A DNA stretch of 64,000 nucleotides. It comes from Eledone cirrhosa. Its lineage: Eukaryota. The stretch covers positions 227,664,001 to 227,728,000 of the forward strand of contig OZ024743.1 in the NCBI GenBank assembly GCA_964016885.1, in the 5' to 3' direction. Position 1 is the stretch's first letter; the number at the start of each line of letters is the position of its first letter. Shown here one piece after another: positions 14,001 through 25,883 of this stretch. Both the position numbers and the translations under genes were made by a program. Under the pieces are notes generated by a model. The model was not told where the DNA came from. It was given only the letters and a program-made list of their open reading frames with translations, and searched no databases.

Positions 14001-14534
14001 ATATCTATCGGCCAGGTCAAATCGGTCGATTAACTGTTTGAGGCTGTTACACCCCCCTTTATCGGGACATGCTCCCACATAGTCCCAACGTGCATCTAGG
14101 ATTCCATTCCAGTCCCCCACTAAAAGCAAGGAGCGGGACGTTCCCAGAAAAGTCTCTAGACGTTTGAAGAAGTCTGGCCGCGGTGTCCCGGATGGGGCAT
14201 ATGCGGCCACCAGCCTGAACGCTCCACCTTCACTACCGTCAACGTCTAGGACCACCAGTCGACCCTCCGGGTCCAGATGTACCGTCTGTGTTACGAGGCC
14301 CAGGTGTTTCCGCAGCAAAACGGCAACTCCGCCCCCACCCCCCGGTTGACAGAGAGATGCATAGATCTCAAAGTCATCGAAGATGGGGGCCAGCTGTCGC
14401 TCGCCGTGGATCCTGGACTCGCAAATGGCTACCACATCCAAACTGTGCGACCTGAGGTCGTTTAAGAGTTTGCCCTGTTTCCAGGGCATCCCCAGACCGC
14501 GTACATTCACACATCCAACTCTTATATTGGCCAT
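11097..14534 (-). CDS. LINE ORF2p: APE endonuclease + reverse transcriptase + C-terminal zinc finger (1145 aa, uninterrupted)
   Basis: CVNVRGL, ICES, GDWN, SYLDR, SDH; SPGLDG, RPITLLN, DQSKAFD, RQGCPLS, AYADD; CPRC..ETVAHAFIHC. Confidence 0.97.
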   Translation of the reverse strand: MANIRVGCVNVRGLGMPWKQGKLLNDLRSHSLDVVAICESRIHGERQLAPIFDDFEIYASLCQPGGGGGVAVLLRKHLGLVTQTVHLDPEGRLVVLDVDGSEGGAFRLVAAYAPSGTPRPDFFKRLETFLGTSRSLLLVGDWNGILDARWDYVGACPDKGGCNSLKQLIDRFDLADRYRLDFPTAPLWTWSNRSGTSRSYLDRVLVRNKDRDMLSCPQMFMVAYSDHKLVTCMANLDRTHRQGPGYWKLNLSLPTSKAYSRRISTLVKQHLTGAIVNNRWWYSLKRAVRLDSIVFSKELALDRNRTEKELVDKVEEAIRSGNVASVLATRTALDQFFDAKHEGCVVRSKMRALGNEGAKAVSWARVTEAKSGNKSTIRSLKDQNGRVIREPKQMCAAFQRHFARLFGGSGAPGEAMDFGPYLDGLPRLSDSEAKFCEKPISATEIGDALSQCGKRKSPGLDGLPYEFYVAMPDLFSGLLEAVYCNWQQNGRIPSSVTGGVVTLIRKDENKGDDIGNFRPITLLNSELQILAKVLAKRLALVVENLVGEAQTCAIPTRSIHDNLHLMRYIIERVGCKPGFGGALINLDQSKAFDRVDHRYLDAVLEAAGFGPVFRGWIAAMHNSNICSRVKVNGYLSEPFHITRSIRQGCPLSSLLYVLTLEPLLRKLELLQGIPLEPGLRKAASAYADDVTVMVSSASQIEEVGTLLKEYESLTGAKLNRDKSIGLQLGSWRGRPMPSDGVVGRWTEGPVKLLGVWFGPDLQVEKNWNEVTPKVFALTQKWAECKLSLKGRAEVANTFIASAIYYRLTVVPCPAKTLAKMERALFRFLWKRRAPLVRRSICCQHPSNGGLGMPWLTMRKHALRLRHLYVFLTGQPVWAPFVRRAFPRLVSLTELQSWVKQRPRKMGDWHIECAQALTALWQADPAISGDSTSSFYRGLVRSKCDDALGETLGVEEDELASLFGRTFRPGPMDNYQKSLAWQCYRGALPVRDKLYRHGRPGRDPAKKICPRCVRDEETVAHAFIHCPGVTDLWGYVERLLSRVGPIQLTTESIVMIKPPPSFKNEGEAVFLCVIAMAKEVVWWTRLKGLRSDTFLSGQQLILFFKYHFGRRIRMEREVLYPSKFYERWVKVARMARVNGPSLYISL

Positions 14535-14567
14535 GTTGGTGCTGAAAAGTTAAAAGAGGAAAAGAGA

Positions 14568-16379
14568 TCACTCACCCTTCGCCTCCTGGGGACCAGGCCG
14601 CACGATTTCCATGGGGGTGTTGGAGGGGTTGTCTGGATGGGTGGTGGTTTCCGGCGGGGTGGGGACGCAGATGTTTGGTGGGGTGGGGTCTGGTGGGATG
14701 GGGGTGTCTGGGGTGGGGAGGCATTTGAGAAGGACGCGGTTGAGTGGTTTCACGCAGGAATTCCCCACATCCTTCTCAAATGTTTCTTTTAGGGACCTAT
14801 AAGTTTGTATAGGGACCCTAATCAGTTTTAGGTTCAGTTTTTTGCTATTTTTTATAGAGTGGGCGAAAGTTTTCCCTTCGGTGAAAACCGAAGGGTCGTT
14901 CGTAATGGTCTCCATTAGTGTTTTGTTTTCAGTGTTTATGTAAGTGTAAGTGTAATTTTCTTGTGTTGTGTTTGTTTTTGTCTGTAGTTCTTGTGTGTGC
15001 TTTCGTTTTGTTGTAGGTATTTTGTTTTCAGGAGGTGGGGGTTTTGTTTGTGATATTTTTGTTGTTTGTGTTGGTGGTTGTATGTTTGTGGTAGTGTTTA
15101 CTGGTTTTTTGCTTTTGTGATGTCTTTTCTTTCTTTTCGAGCGATGGGGTTCTCCCTCGTCTTCACTGGGTGATGGCGAGATAGCCTCATCTGTTGTATC
15201 GTCTGTGTGATTGGGGAGGGGTATGTCTTGGGGAGCTGTTGTGTCTGTATGTGATTTTGCAGTGGTTTTAGGTGGAGTGAGGTTGGGTGGGACTGTGTTT
15301 GTTGTGGTTATTTTTGTGTGTTGGTGTTGTTGTTGTAGTGGTGGTGTTGGTGGTTGTGTTGTTTTGATGGGTGTTGGCAGAAGAGCCTTTTTTTGGTTCA
15401 TTAGTTTAGGACAGGAAGCCCTCAGGTGACCCCTGCTAAAGCAATGGTAACATGAAGGCCGCCTACCCTCAACCGAAAGGTTTATGTAGGTAAGTCCGTC
15501 CAGGAGTACACGCTGTGGGATCATAGCTATTCGCTCTGGGCTCATTTGCACCAGAACTTCAATGCTAGTCCCATTGAATACATCTCTGGGGGACTTGCCT
15601 ACTGACAGTATTCTGTCTTCATCAAAATTGATGAAGCCGCACAGTATCCACCATATGTTCACCTTTGGTGTGACACTTGTGATTCTGATCTTTTGTGTCC
15701 TTTTTCCCATGTATGTAGGGAAAAAGGTGTACAGGTTGGATACAATTGGCGACACAGAGTAATTTTGGGCCGTCAATTGATCCTTCATCAGTACCGAAAT
15801 ACTCCCAAAAAGTTTGCTTCTTTGAATGAATACAATATCATTCATTGAATCTTTGAAAACCAGTTCAATATCTTTCTGTGACAATTGGACTGGTTTTCGG
15901 GTAGAATTGGAAACTGTCCTAAAAACTATCGTTTTGAGAGCAGTTTCCTTGCGAATTTCTACCGGAGAATTGATGCTGAAAGCACCATTTTTTTCGAAGG
16001 TGACATATCTCTTAGCGTCCTTTAAAAGGTGTTCAGCATTTGTTATGTCGAGATATATCAATTGTTCTTTCTTTTGAACTTTCTCCGCAAAGGAGATTTT
16101 TGGTTTCTTTGTGGAATCCGTATTGGTGGTGTTGTCATTATTGTTGTTATTCTTGTTGTTATTCTTGTTGTCACCGATGTTGGTATCATCCGTATTTTCC
16201 TTGGTGTTGTTGTTGTCTTTGATGCTGGTGTTATTGGCGTTGTCTTTATTTTTTTCTTTGTTGTTGTTATCATTGTTGCTTTTATCATCATTATTGGTTT
16301 TGCTGTTATTTTTGTTGTCATTGAGCTGTTTGGTGTCATTTGTGTTGTTTGGATGTGAATTCGTTTTTTTTATTTTCAT
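14568..16379 (-). CDS. LINE ORF1p, gag-like nucleic-acid-binding protein with a CCHC zinc knuckle (603 aa)
   Basis: CYHCFSRGHLRASC = CX2CX4HX4C; Asn/Asp/Lys-rich N-terminus, Pro/Thr-rich linker, basic KRKKRHHK patch; lies directly upstream of ORF2. Confidence 0.92.
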   Translation of the reverse strand: MKIKKTNSHPNNTNDTKQLNDNKNNSKTNNDDKSNNDNNNKEKNKDNANNTSIKDNNNTKENTDDTNIGDNKNNNKNNNNNDNTTNTDSTKKPKISFAEKVQKKEQLIYLDITNAEHLLKDAKRYVTFEKNGAFSINSPVEIRKETALKTIVFRTVSNSTRKPVQLSQKDIELVFKDSMNDIVFIQRSKLFGSISVLMKDQLTAQNYSVSPIVSNLYTFFPTYMGKRTQKIRITSVTPKVNIWWILCGFINFDEDRILSVGKSPRDVFNGTSIEVLVQMSPERIAMIPQRVLLDGLTYINLSVEGRRPSCYHCFSRGHLRASCPKLMNQKKALLPTPIKTTQPPTPPLQQQHQHTKITTTNTVPPNLTPPKTTAKSHTDTTAPQDIPLPNHTDDTTDEAISPSPSEDEGEPHRSKRKKRHHKSKKPVNTTTNIQPPTQTTKISQTKPPPPENKIPTTKRKHTQELQTKTNTTQENYTYTYINTENKTLMETITNDPSVFTEGKTFAHSIKNSKKLNLKLIRVPIQTYRSLKETFEKDVGNSCVKPLNRVLLKCLPTPDTPIPPDPTPPNICVPTPPETTTHPDNPSNTPMEIVRPGPQEAKGE

Positions 16380-16702
16380 TTTGTCTTTCCATCTCTATAG
16401 TATCTAGTGAAGAAGACGTTGTTGACTGCGAGCTTTGTAGTCTTACCGCCTCTCCACCACCATTATCGTTGGACGCAGCGTTCATAACGTAATCAAAATT
16501 TTACAATATTTTTTCCAAGATTCGATGGAGAAAAATTTTTTAAATGGATATTCCGCCCCTGAAGGGGCGAAAATGAGTTGACCCACCACCTGAAGGTCCA
16601 GACGGGTGGTCAAGTTACACAATGATATAAAATTGAACTAAAAACTCACGTTTTTTCCTTACATAAATTAACGGAAACTTCTCCGCGAAGTGACACACGA
16701 CT

Positions 16703-16709
16703 GATAGAG

Positions 16710-16760
<51 letters not shown>
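16703..16760. repeat. (GATA)n tract at the 5' junction of the LINE
   Basis: Direct reading. Confidence 0.95.
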
Positions 16761-16867
16761 CACACCCACAGAGATGTCAACATGAATGGCCCTGGTATTT
16801 TTATCTAAAGACAATTTTTCCAATTCCAACCCGCCCATCCTCTCAATCTATGTTATTTCTCATTCTT

Positions 16868-16903
16868 TCTTCTGATGAAAGACAAGCGTCCGAAACGTTA
16901 AGA
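16868..16903 (+). ncRNA. Minimal type I hammerhead ribozyme motif
   Basis: TCTT-CTGATGA-aaGAC-AAGC-GTCc-GAAA-CG-TT-AAGA; typical minimal PLE hammerhead layout with weak stems. Confidence 0.6.
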
Positions 16904-17008
16904 CCCTCTTCCTGCTATATCAAGCGTAAACCTAATATATCCCTTCGATACACTATACCGATTGTGTTGTTATTTCTGTTTACCTTTTACACACACACAC
17001 ACACAAAC

Positions 17009-17091
<83 letters not shown>

Positions 17092-17268
17092 CGTGTGTTT
17101 GTGTGTGTGTTTGTGTCATAGCAGATACAAATATCACAGACAGAAAGAAAGAGAGGGGGGAGAAATGAGGTGCGACAGAAATGAAACATGGATTACAGGT
17201 TAAAATATAGTCTAGATAGATGTGAAACAAAACGAGGATCTAGTTTATGGAACACCCAAATGATTTAG

Positions 17269-17731
17269 AAGTCGACCTTAAGTAGGAGCAATAACATTAA
17301 GAAAGACATGAACGACACCACAACACTTTGTTTTGAAAATTTTGAAAGTAGGTTTATAAGTATGAATTTTCGTAAGATTTTCGTAGGTACTACTAGCGGT
17401 AGGTACTACTACCGGTAGGTACTAGAGACGGTGGAGATCCTACTCTTGTGTTCAATCCTGGTCAAGAGGTACATGTAACCTTTTCCAGTTTTTATTTTAC
17501 AACCAATAGAAAAAAACAGAAAAGGTTTACTTGGAACCCTACTCCCGTCCAGGATTGAATTTCAGACCAGGATCACCAACGTCTATGATTCCTCCAACTA
17601 GGCCACCAAGACAGCTACAAGAGTATAATAAAAATTGATAATTATAAACCTACTTTCAAAATCAAAGTTAAAAAGATGTGATGTCGTTCATGGCTTTCCT
17701 AGAGATATTAGTAATATTTAGGATCGACTTT
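17269..17731. repeat. Old degenerate palindrome with tRNA-like boxes in its arms
   Basis: 17269-17358 is a diverged reverse complement of 17642-17731 (TTTTGAAAGTAGGTTTATAA / TTATAAACCTACTTTCAAAA); the minus strand has GGTGGCCTAGTTGG..TTCAATCC at ~17550-17607. Confidence 0.6.
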
Positions 17732-18109
17732 TGGTCATTATTGAAAGTCTCTAGATTTCGCAAATTATATAATATTTTTAATTGGAGAAGGTAAGCTATT
17801 TTTCCGCAAAACTTTGAGTGAAACTGTTGTGTTTCCACTTATGAATTTTTCGAAAATGTTATTTATTCATTATAATAATTAAATGATAGCATTCTATATG
17901 TAGGTAGGCCCCTTTCATTTCATGGCAACCAGTCCGCCACTGTATATATACGTGAGTGTACGTGTATCTCCCTATCTCTCTCTTTCATTTTATATTTGAA
18001 TACGTATTTCTCTCTAATTGAATTAAATAATAAATCTAGAGGCAAAAAATGTCAACGTAAAACCATATATATATATATATTTATATATTGTAGGTGTACT
18101 ATATATTGT

Positions 18110-18296
18110 AATTGTTTCTACTTTAGGCACAAGGCCAGCAATTACCCAGTGCATTACTGGTACTTTATTTTATCGACCCCGTAAGGATGAAAGGCAAAGT
18201 CAACCTCGGCGGGATTTGAACTCAGATCGTAAAGGGACGTAACTATGCTGAAAAGCATGGCGTCCGACCCTCTACCGATACTGCTAATCCACCGCC
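18110..18296 (-). mobile_element. tRNA/Nin-type SINE
   Basis: Full match to the window SINE consensus. Confidence 0.92.
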
Positions 18297-18451
18297 ATTC
18301 ATGTATATATATTGTAATAGTGATATTTCATCAGCTCACATTGTAGCATTTGAGCTTTATATTTTGTCAAATGTTAAAGTTTTTCACTTGTTTCGGGGGT
18401 TGAGGTTATGTTATGGGTGTCTGGGGCGTGTTTTTACGTCTTTACATATAA

Positions 18452-18867
<416 letters not shown>

Positions 18868-19454
18868 CATGGTATGTATTTATATATCCCATGAGTATTC
18901 GTTTTGTCTAAGCTGGTGTATTTTTTTATGCGAGTGATAGGGAATCATTACTAGTGTTGTTGTTTATTTTCTTCTTTTTTTTTTACAAATTTTAATTTTA
19001 GTTTTCTCTTGCAATAAATAACTGTTAACAGCCTGTCTATATTCATTTATCATACATTACAAAACAAGACGTGTCTATTTTCTCGCATTTAAAAGATGTT
19101 TTCTCACGCATTTATTTCATTCTCTCCTCCTTACTTCCTCTCTTTCTCCATCACAACCTTATATTTCACCATTAAAACAACTTCGCCTACACCTATCTCT
19201 CCTTTTTGTGGTCCCTCCCTCTTCTTCTTTCATCATCTCTGCTCCCAGTACCACGTGCGAGCCAACTCGATGTTTTTTAAAGGCATGTAAATCTTTAGTG
19301 GCTTATAATTCTTCTAACGCATACGAGCGAACAGCTCTGGTGCCTTCTTTATGCCAACCAGGCAGTCACCTAGGGCGCAAAACTGAAGGAGGCACATCAC
19401 TGAAACTTTAAGGATTAGAAATTTATAGGAAATTTTTTAATTAACTTATATACA

Positions 19455-19670
19455 TGATTTCTACTACAGGCACAACGCCTGCATTTTGGGGAGAGGGGAA
19501 AGTCGATTAAATCGACCTCAGTATGTTACTCGTACTTTATTTTATTGACCCCGTAAGGATGAAAGGCAAAGCTAACCTCGGTAGCATTTGAACTCAGAAT
19601 GTAAAGGTCCGAAACTCTCTGCCGTGAAGCAGGGTGTCTGACGCTCGACGAATACTGCCAATCCACCGCC
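19455..19670 (-). mobile_element. tRNA/Nin-type SINE (long-tail variant)
   Basis: Consensus match including the GGTCGATTTAATCGAC hairpin tail. Confidence 0.88.
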
Positions 19671-20152
19671 CTCTGTCCTTCATTTATGATTGTGGTTAAG
19701 ACATATAACTATGAAAAACAGACTAATGTGAGAGCCTCTTCGCAGTAGATAAACCTACGAGAAATAGGGACTAAATTCTCTATCAAATTACACCGTTTCA
19801 AATTCAGGAATGTACACTTGAAATACAGAAATTCCCTTAAGCGCAGTATAACAATATATAAGCCTTCAGTAAATGCATTACACAACACAACAAACCATCA
19901 CTCACTTTGTAAAATCATTGGGGACGTGGCATATGGTGTCAATAGGGTACATGTTTGTTCATATTAGTATGAGATCAACTTTGATTAAGCAAACCTAAGA
20001 TAAAATGCAATCCATCCGTGGCTATCGCATTTACATCTATGTGCGAGGAACAAGTGACAGGTGTCCTTTCTCGTTTAATCCTCAGAAAATTGATTGATTT
20101 AAGGAAATGCAGAATTTTAGCATAAATAGTAGTGTTTGTGGTGGGACTTAAT

Positions 20153-20272
20153 AATTGTATCTACTTTTGGCACAAGGCCAGCAATTATCCCAGTGTATTA
20201 CTGGTAATTTACTTTATCGACCCCGTAAGGATGAAAGGCAAAGTTAACCTCGGCGGAATTTGAACTCAGAAT
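20153..20272 (-). mobile_element. 5'-truncated tRNA/Nin-type SINE
   Basis: Consensus match from the B box to the 3' end. Confidence 0.88.
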
Positions 20273-20364
20273 CTTCTGAGTTTGCAGATAGGAATAATCT
20301 TATTGTGATGCTGGGTGTATATGGTTTTATAAGATGTCGGTTGAAAGCAGTAATATGTTGGTGT

Positions 20365-20667
20365 GGTAAAGGTACGCACTTTAGTTATTCGAATCACAAT
20401 CGTAATATCATGATTTCGATTCTCGCTGGTGCTTGGTGTCCTTGACTCAGGCATTTTATTTCACGCTGCTCTTGTCCACTCAACTTGCAAAAATGATTGT
20501 ACTTATAATTCAAAGGGCCAATCATGTCACACAATATCACACTGAATTTCCTTGATAACTGCATTAATGGTGCACGTTGTCTCTGGAATGTTCAACCACG
20601 TTAATTTCAAGAGCAGTGTCTTTCATTAGTCGTATCAATGGAACATTTGTCACTGAAACCGACGGGC
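20365..20667 (+). mobile_element. Second SINE family (tRNA head + CORE/V-like GTGTCCTTGAGCAAG domain), diverged
   Basis: GTGTCCTTGACTCAGGCATTTTATTTCAC; related pieces at 9700-9830, 29070-29215(-), 36230-36500, 42525-42620, 45646-45960. Confidence 0.7.
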
Positions 20668-20733
20668 GTTCATCATTCACACACGCACGCACAAACACCC
20701 ATACACCGTCCCCATATATGTCTATATCTATAC

Positions 20734-20804
<71 letters not shown>

Positions 20805-20809
20805 AACTT

Positions 20810-21780
20810 ATATCTTCGTCAAAATGGTCTCATACTAACTAATAAATAAACAAAATTGGAATTTTCACTATCTTCCCAATTTAAAATATTAAAAACATAT
20901 AAATATTCATATTAACTCAGTTAATTTAATTAGTTACACTAAATATAAATATAAACCACTATCCCTCATAACCTATTAAAACAATTATCTATAACAAAAT
21001 ATACCCATATATCCACTCATATATCCATTCCTCTATTCATATATCTATTCTTCTATCTATATTTCTCTATCTATTTTCTACTTACATCTATTCATTCTCA
21101 ATTTATTTTTCAATATATATTCTTATATTTTCAATATATATTCTTATATTTTATATATATTTACTTGTTCTATATATCTATTTTTCTATATATATATATA
21201 TTTTTTTATAACTATAAAACTTAATATTATATTGTATTATATTAGAATTCTAACAACAAAATAATTACCAAATATACGTAACTTTAATATAAACGTAAGA
21301 CTTATTTACGTTATATGAGTTCATCCTCTGTTAAATTTCTCTCATCTCTCTATTTTTCTATATATCTCATAACAGTAATTTTTTCGCTCTCTCTTTCTTC
21401 TCATCCTCCCCCAGCGTAATTTAAATAAACGGTTGTTTTTTTCAATTTTTCATGCATTCATTTGCATATTCACACATAACTTTGAATTACCCCTAATAAG
21501 TTTCCACTATCCAGCGAATTTTTGGACCGTTAAGGTGTGATTTCCGTGGGTATGTCATTATTTATAAAACAAATTTTGTATTTTATCTGATGAAAGCGCA
21601 CCAAGATTTGCTTGGCCGCCCTTGAAATATATATAATAAAATAAATATGGTTTTATAAATATAGTTTCCATTTATTATTATCTTGGAATATTTACTTCAG
21701 TAACTTGTTGAGTGCTCTATATCAGTTACAAATATTTATGTTTGTCGGAATACCAACAAATTAAATACAACTCCTACATA
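20810..21780 (+). mobile_element. Non-coding 3' portion (pLTR) of a Naiad-like PLE ending in (TA)n
   Basis: 21579-21780 is clearly homologous to 58529-58730 (hammerhead + AAATATGGTTTTATAAATATAGTTTCCAT + GAGTGC..TATATCAGTTA tail); the 5' boundary is uncertain. Confidence 0.7.
21579..21643 (+). ncRNA. Type I hammerhead ribozyme
   Basis: TATTTTAT-CTGATGA-AAGCGCACCAAG-ATTTG-CTTGGCCGCCCTT-GAAA-TATATA-TA-ATAAAATA; perfect 8-bp stem I. Confidence 0.85.
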
Positions 21781-21797
21781 TATATATATATATATAT

Positions 21798-21849
<52 letters not shown>

Positions 21850-21919
21850 TGTGGGAAAGAGAGAAACAAAAAAGGAAAAAAAATATTTTTCTTCCTAATA
21901 ATCGTCTCTTTCTCCCTGT

Positions 21920-22001
<82 letters not shown>

Positions 22002-22117
22002 ATGCTGTTGACGGCTGAGAGAAGAGAGTACTCAATACTGAAGTAATGTTTTAATATTCATTTTATTAAGGCTAAATAGTGAGTCTGGTTACTGTGGAGT
22101 TTCGCTGTTTATCATAG

Positions 22118-22149
22118 GGTCATCAGACAAGAGCTCTTGTCTGATGACC
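22118..22149. repeat. Perfect 32-bp palindrome carrying CTGATGA on both strands
   Basis: GGTCATCAGACAAGAG|CTCTTGTCTGATGACC. Confidence 0.85.
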
Positions 22150-22417
22150 TACTCACTCACTCACACCTTAGAGTGGCTTTTGATAAGTGGCTTCTGCACA
22201 ATCACACACGGAAGAATACGAACACCTTCATTTGTCATTTCCACAGAGCTGTCAATAACTGCTACCCTTACTTGGAATTTTCTGTGTTTACGGATAGGAA
22301 TTATCTTTTAGCATCCTGTAAAGATTTATTAATGCATAAAATGAGTTATATTCATTCAAATATCTTTATTGCTAGTCAAATCCTGTAAAAGATTAGCATT
22401 ATTAGAGTAAAGATAAA

Positions 22418-22635
22418 GGCGGTGGATTGGCAGTATCGGTAGAGGGTCGGACGCCATGCTTTGCAGCATAGAGTTACGGCTCTTTATGATCTGCGCTCAA
22501 ATCCCGCCGACGTTAACTTTGCCTTTCATCCTTATGGGGTCGATGAAATAAAGTACCAGTCACGCACCGGGTCGATTTAATCGACTTTCCCCTCCCCCAA
22601 ATTACTGGCTTTGTGCTTATATAAGAAACCATTAT
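22418..22635 (+). mobile_element. tRNA/Nin-type SINE (long-tail variant)
   Basis: Consensus match. Confidence 0.92.
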
Positions 22636-24234
22636 TAGCGTAAAGATAATGTTTAATGTGAATGCAGTTGTAGTGTTGTTTTCTACTATTCACGAACATC
22701 TTGCTACTGCATTTTCATGTTGTACAGGCCATTACGAGTTAAGTTCCGTAACTACAGGCAGAAATTGTCATGTTAAAAGCATGATTGACACTAATTTTAT
22801 AAAACATTACCTTTGGCTTTTCCTATTTATAGATATTATTTATATATTTTTATACAGTAATTTTCTTAAATAATTCTTTCAAATAAGCAATACATATATT
22901 TGAATATTAGTTTATTATTATTAATCGTTCATCTTACCTTATCTGGCTTAAATTTATGTAGGCACTAGGTTCTGTTAGAGACTCTCTGATGTCAATTTAC
23001 GTATGACCAATAAGCGTCAAAAATCGTATGTGTGGATATTATTTCAAACTTTTATAACAATTCAAAAATGAGAATAAATATATAAATGCAAAATAATTTT
23101 AAATACTTCCTACGTGCTGAAGGCGTCAAAAATATAAGATGCCGTCGCCAAACAATTTTCCCTTTCAGCGAAAGAGATCCTAAAGTCTCTACATGAATTT
23201 ATCAATGACATCTATTTGAGGATCACAGAGACTGATAAGTGAAATACTTTCATGTTTATTTAAAATATACATTACTACGTAAGAGAATCATGGATGTTGA
23301 AAAATCAAATCGAAATCATTTTTTTTATTACAAAAGGGATAATATGGTCAGACTAAGAACAAAATTTAATTGACTCATTAACAGCATTCTAGCAATAAAT
23401 AATAAATTTAGGTTCACCACAAATATATAATAAAGTTAACATCGGGTAAATAACGAAGTTACTGTCTTTAAACAAATTGAAAGGGAAACACCCCCGTATA
23501 AGTGAATGGTGCCATAAAACACACACTAACAAAACTACTCATGTCCCATTCTTAATAGAGATATCGTAAAAAAACAGTTAGTTAGCCTCAAATAGTAAAA
23601 CAAAACATAGATGACAATTTTACTGAAAAGGGCCTCGTACTAAAATATAAACTTAGAAATTCTGCAAACTATTTAAATATCAGATAGGATATCTTCACTG
23701 AATGTCCCCACTTAAATAAGCATCAACTGAAGCACTGGAAATATCATACAAACAACTATCTGACTGAATGGATCAATACTTAATAATACCCAGGTAAGAT
23801 CACACAATTTTTTTCTATTTCTCTCTTTAATTTGAATACAATAATAAACACTCTTGATCTTACGATACTTTATAACAATAGTTTCTTTGATATTTACAAA
23901 ACTTTATCTTTCCATGCTCATTTCCATATAGTAGAATGGATCAATACTTAGCTATTTACCAAGAATAATCACACTCTCTATTTAATGGCTTCAGTTTTAA
24001 CCTACTAATAGCCACTCCTGATCTGACTACATTTTATAACGTTGCACTATTTCATACTTTATATTAACAATTCTTTAACTTTCTAAACTTATTTCCATAT
24101 AGCAATTTTCTTTATTCATCTTCTCTACTTTAAACACATTTGTACAGTCCTGAAGACTCACACACACACGCGCAAACACGCACAGATTACACACACACAC
24201 ACACACACACACATGATATATGATATAAGATATA

Positions 24235-24295
<61 letters not shown>

Positions 24296-24300
<5 letters not shown>

Positions 24301-24640
24301 ACAGGGAGAAAGAGACGATTATTAGGAAGAAAGTTTTTTTTTTCCTTTTTTATTTATTTCTCTCTTTTTTCTGGGTTAGAAAATGATTAAAACGAAATTG
24401 TTTACTTTGTGTGAAATGGCATTTATTTATCTATTTATATATTTAATAATTGTCTATCACCGGTTTCGGCATTTTTATGCATTATCAAATGATAGTGATA
24501 TGTATTAGTGTAGAATGGTGATGTCGTACATGTTAAAGAGAAGGTGCAGAAAGAATAATGTTATTTACAAACAAGGTTTATGAAGTGAAAAGAAAAAGGA
24601 AATAAGAAAAAACCGGCGTAATGTAGAGCATAAAAAGTCA
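24296..24640 (-). mobile_element. PLE-type 3' end with degenerate hammerhead (24454-24495), ending in (TA)n
   Basis: Minus strand CTATCA-TTTGATAA-TGCA..TGCC-GAAA-CCGGT-GATAG; the terminal ~70 bp also occurs inverted at 21855-21925. Confidence 0.5.
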
Positions 24641-25248
24641 ATGTGATATATATATATATACTTAATTATTTATGTTCATACACAGAAAAAAAGCGCTACT
24701 CAAGGTTTTAAGGCCAAATGTTGACCGTCTCATTAGATTGTAAGAGCGATCAAGGTCGTAACCTAGTCCTCAGATGCTTGGACGAGTTTGAAATACCGTT
24801 AAAAATAACCAACTTTTTCTGAAGAAGTAGTATAAAAAAGAGAAACAACTCAATGTAAATTTGAAATTTCAGGGCAACGTTTGCGTTCGTGTGTTAATGT
24901 GTTCGCAATATATCAGATGTGTTGTATGATGTGGGGAAAAATTATTAAGTTATGGAGTTCAGTCCAAGCGCCTGATGATTATGTCACAAATTTTATCGCT
25001 TTTTTAATCAGGGAAAATTGTCAAAATTAGGATATGGAACTAGAGATAGCGCTTTTATACCGTATATGAACATAAATGAATAATATATCAGCGCTCATAC
25101 CTGATTGAGCACTGTTTTCCTTTTTCTTTCCTCACATCCACCGATATTTTACTACATACACCCATATATGTAAATATTATGTATATATATATATATATAT
25201 ATACCTGCCCAAAAGAAATAGCTCATCGCTGATGATAGTAATATTGCT

Positions 25249-25883
<635 letters not shown>

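Larger units (their letters stand above)
10857..16703 (-). mobile_element. Full-length Tx1/L1-clade LINE inserted in (GATA)n
   Basis: ~320-bp 5' UTR, ORF1, 33-nt spacer, ORF2, ~240-bp 3' UTR ending TGTGGCTAATAAAGAAA; (GATA)n on both sides. Confidence 0.95.
10515..17942. mobile_element. Probable non-autonomous hAT-like DNA transposon, interrupted by the full-length LINE and other insertions
   Basis: TIR pair TAGTGGCGGACTGG (10515) / CCAGTCCGCCACTG (17929-17942), each with an internal GTTGCC and GGGCC; no transposase; TSD unclear. Confidence 0.55.

Noticed and set aside
253-16407. Antisense and alternate-frame ORFs overlapping the two Tx1 LINEs
   Set aside because: Shadow ORFs of GC-rich or low-complexity coding sequence with no recognisable motifs
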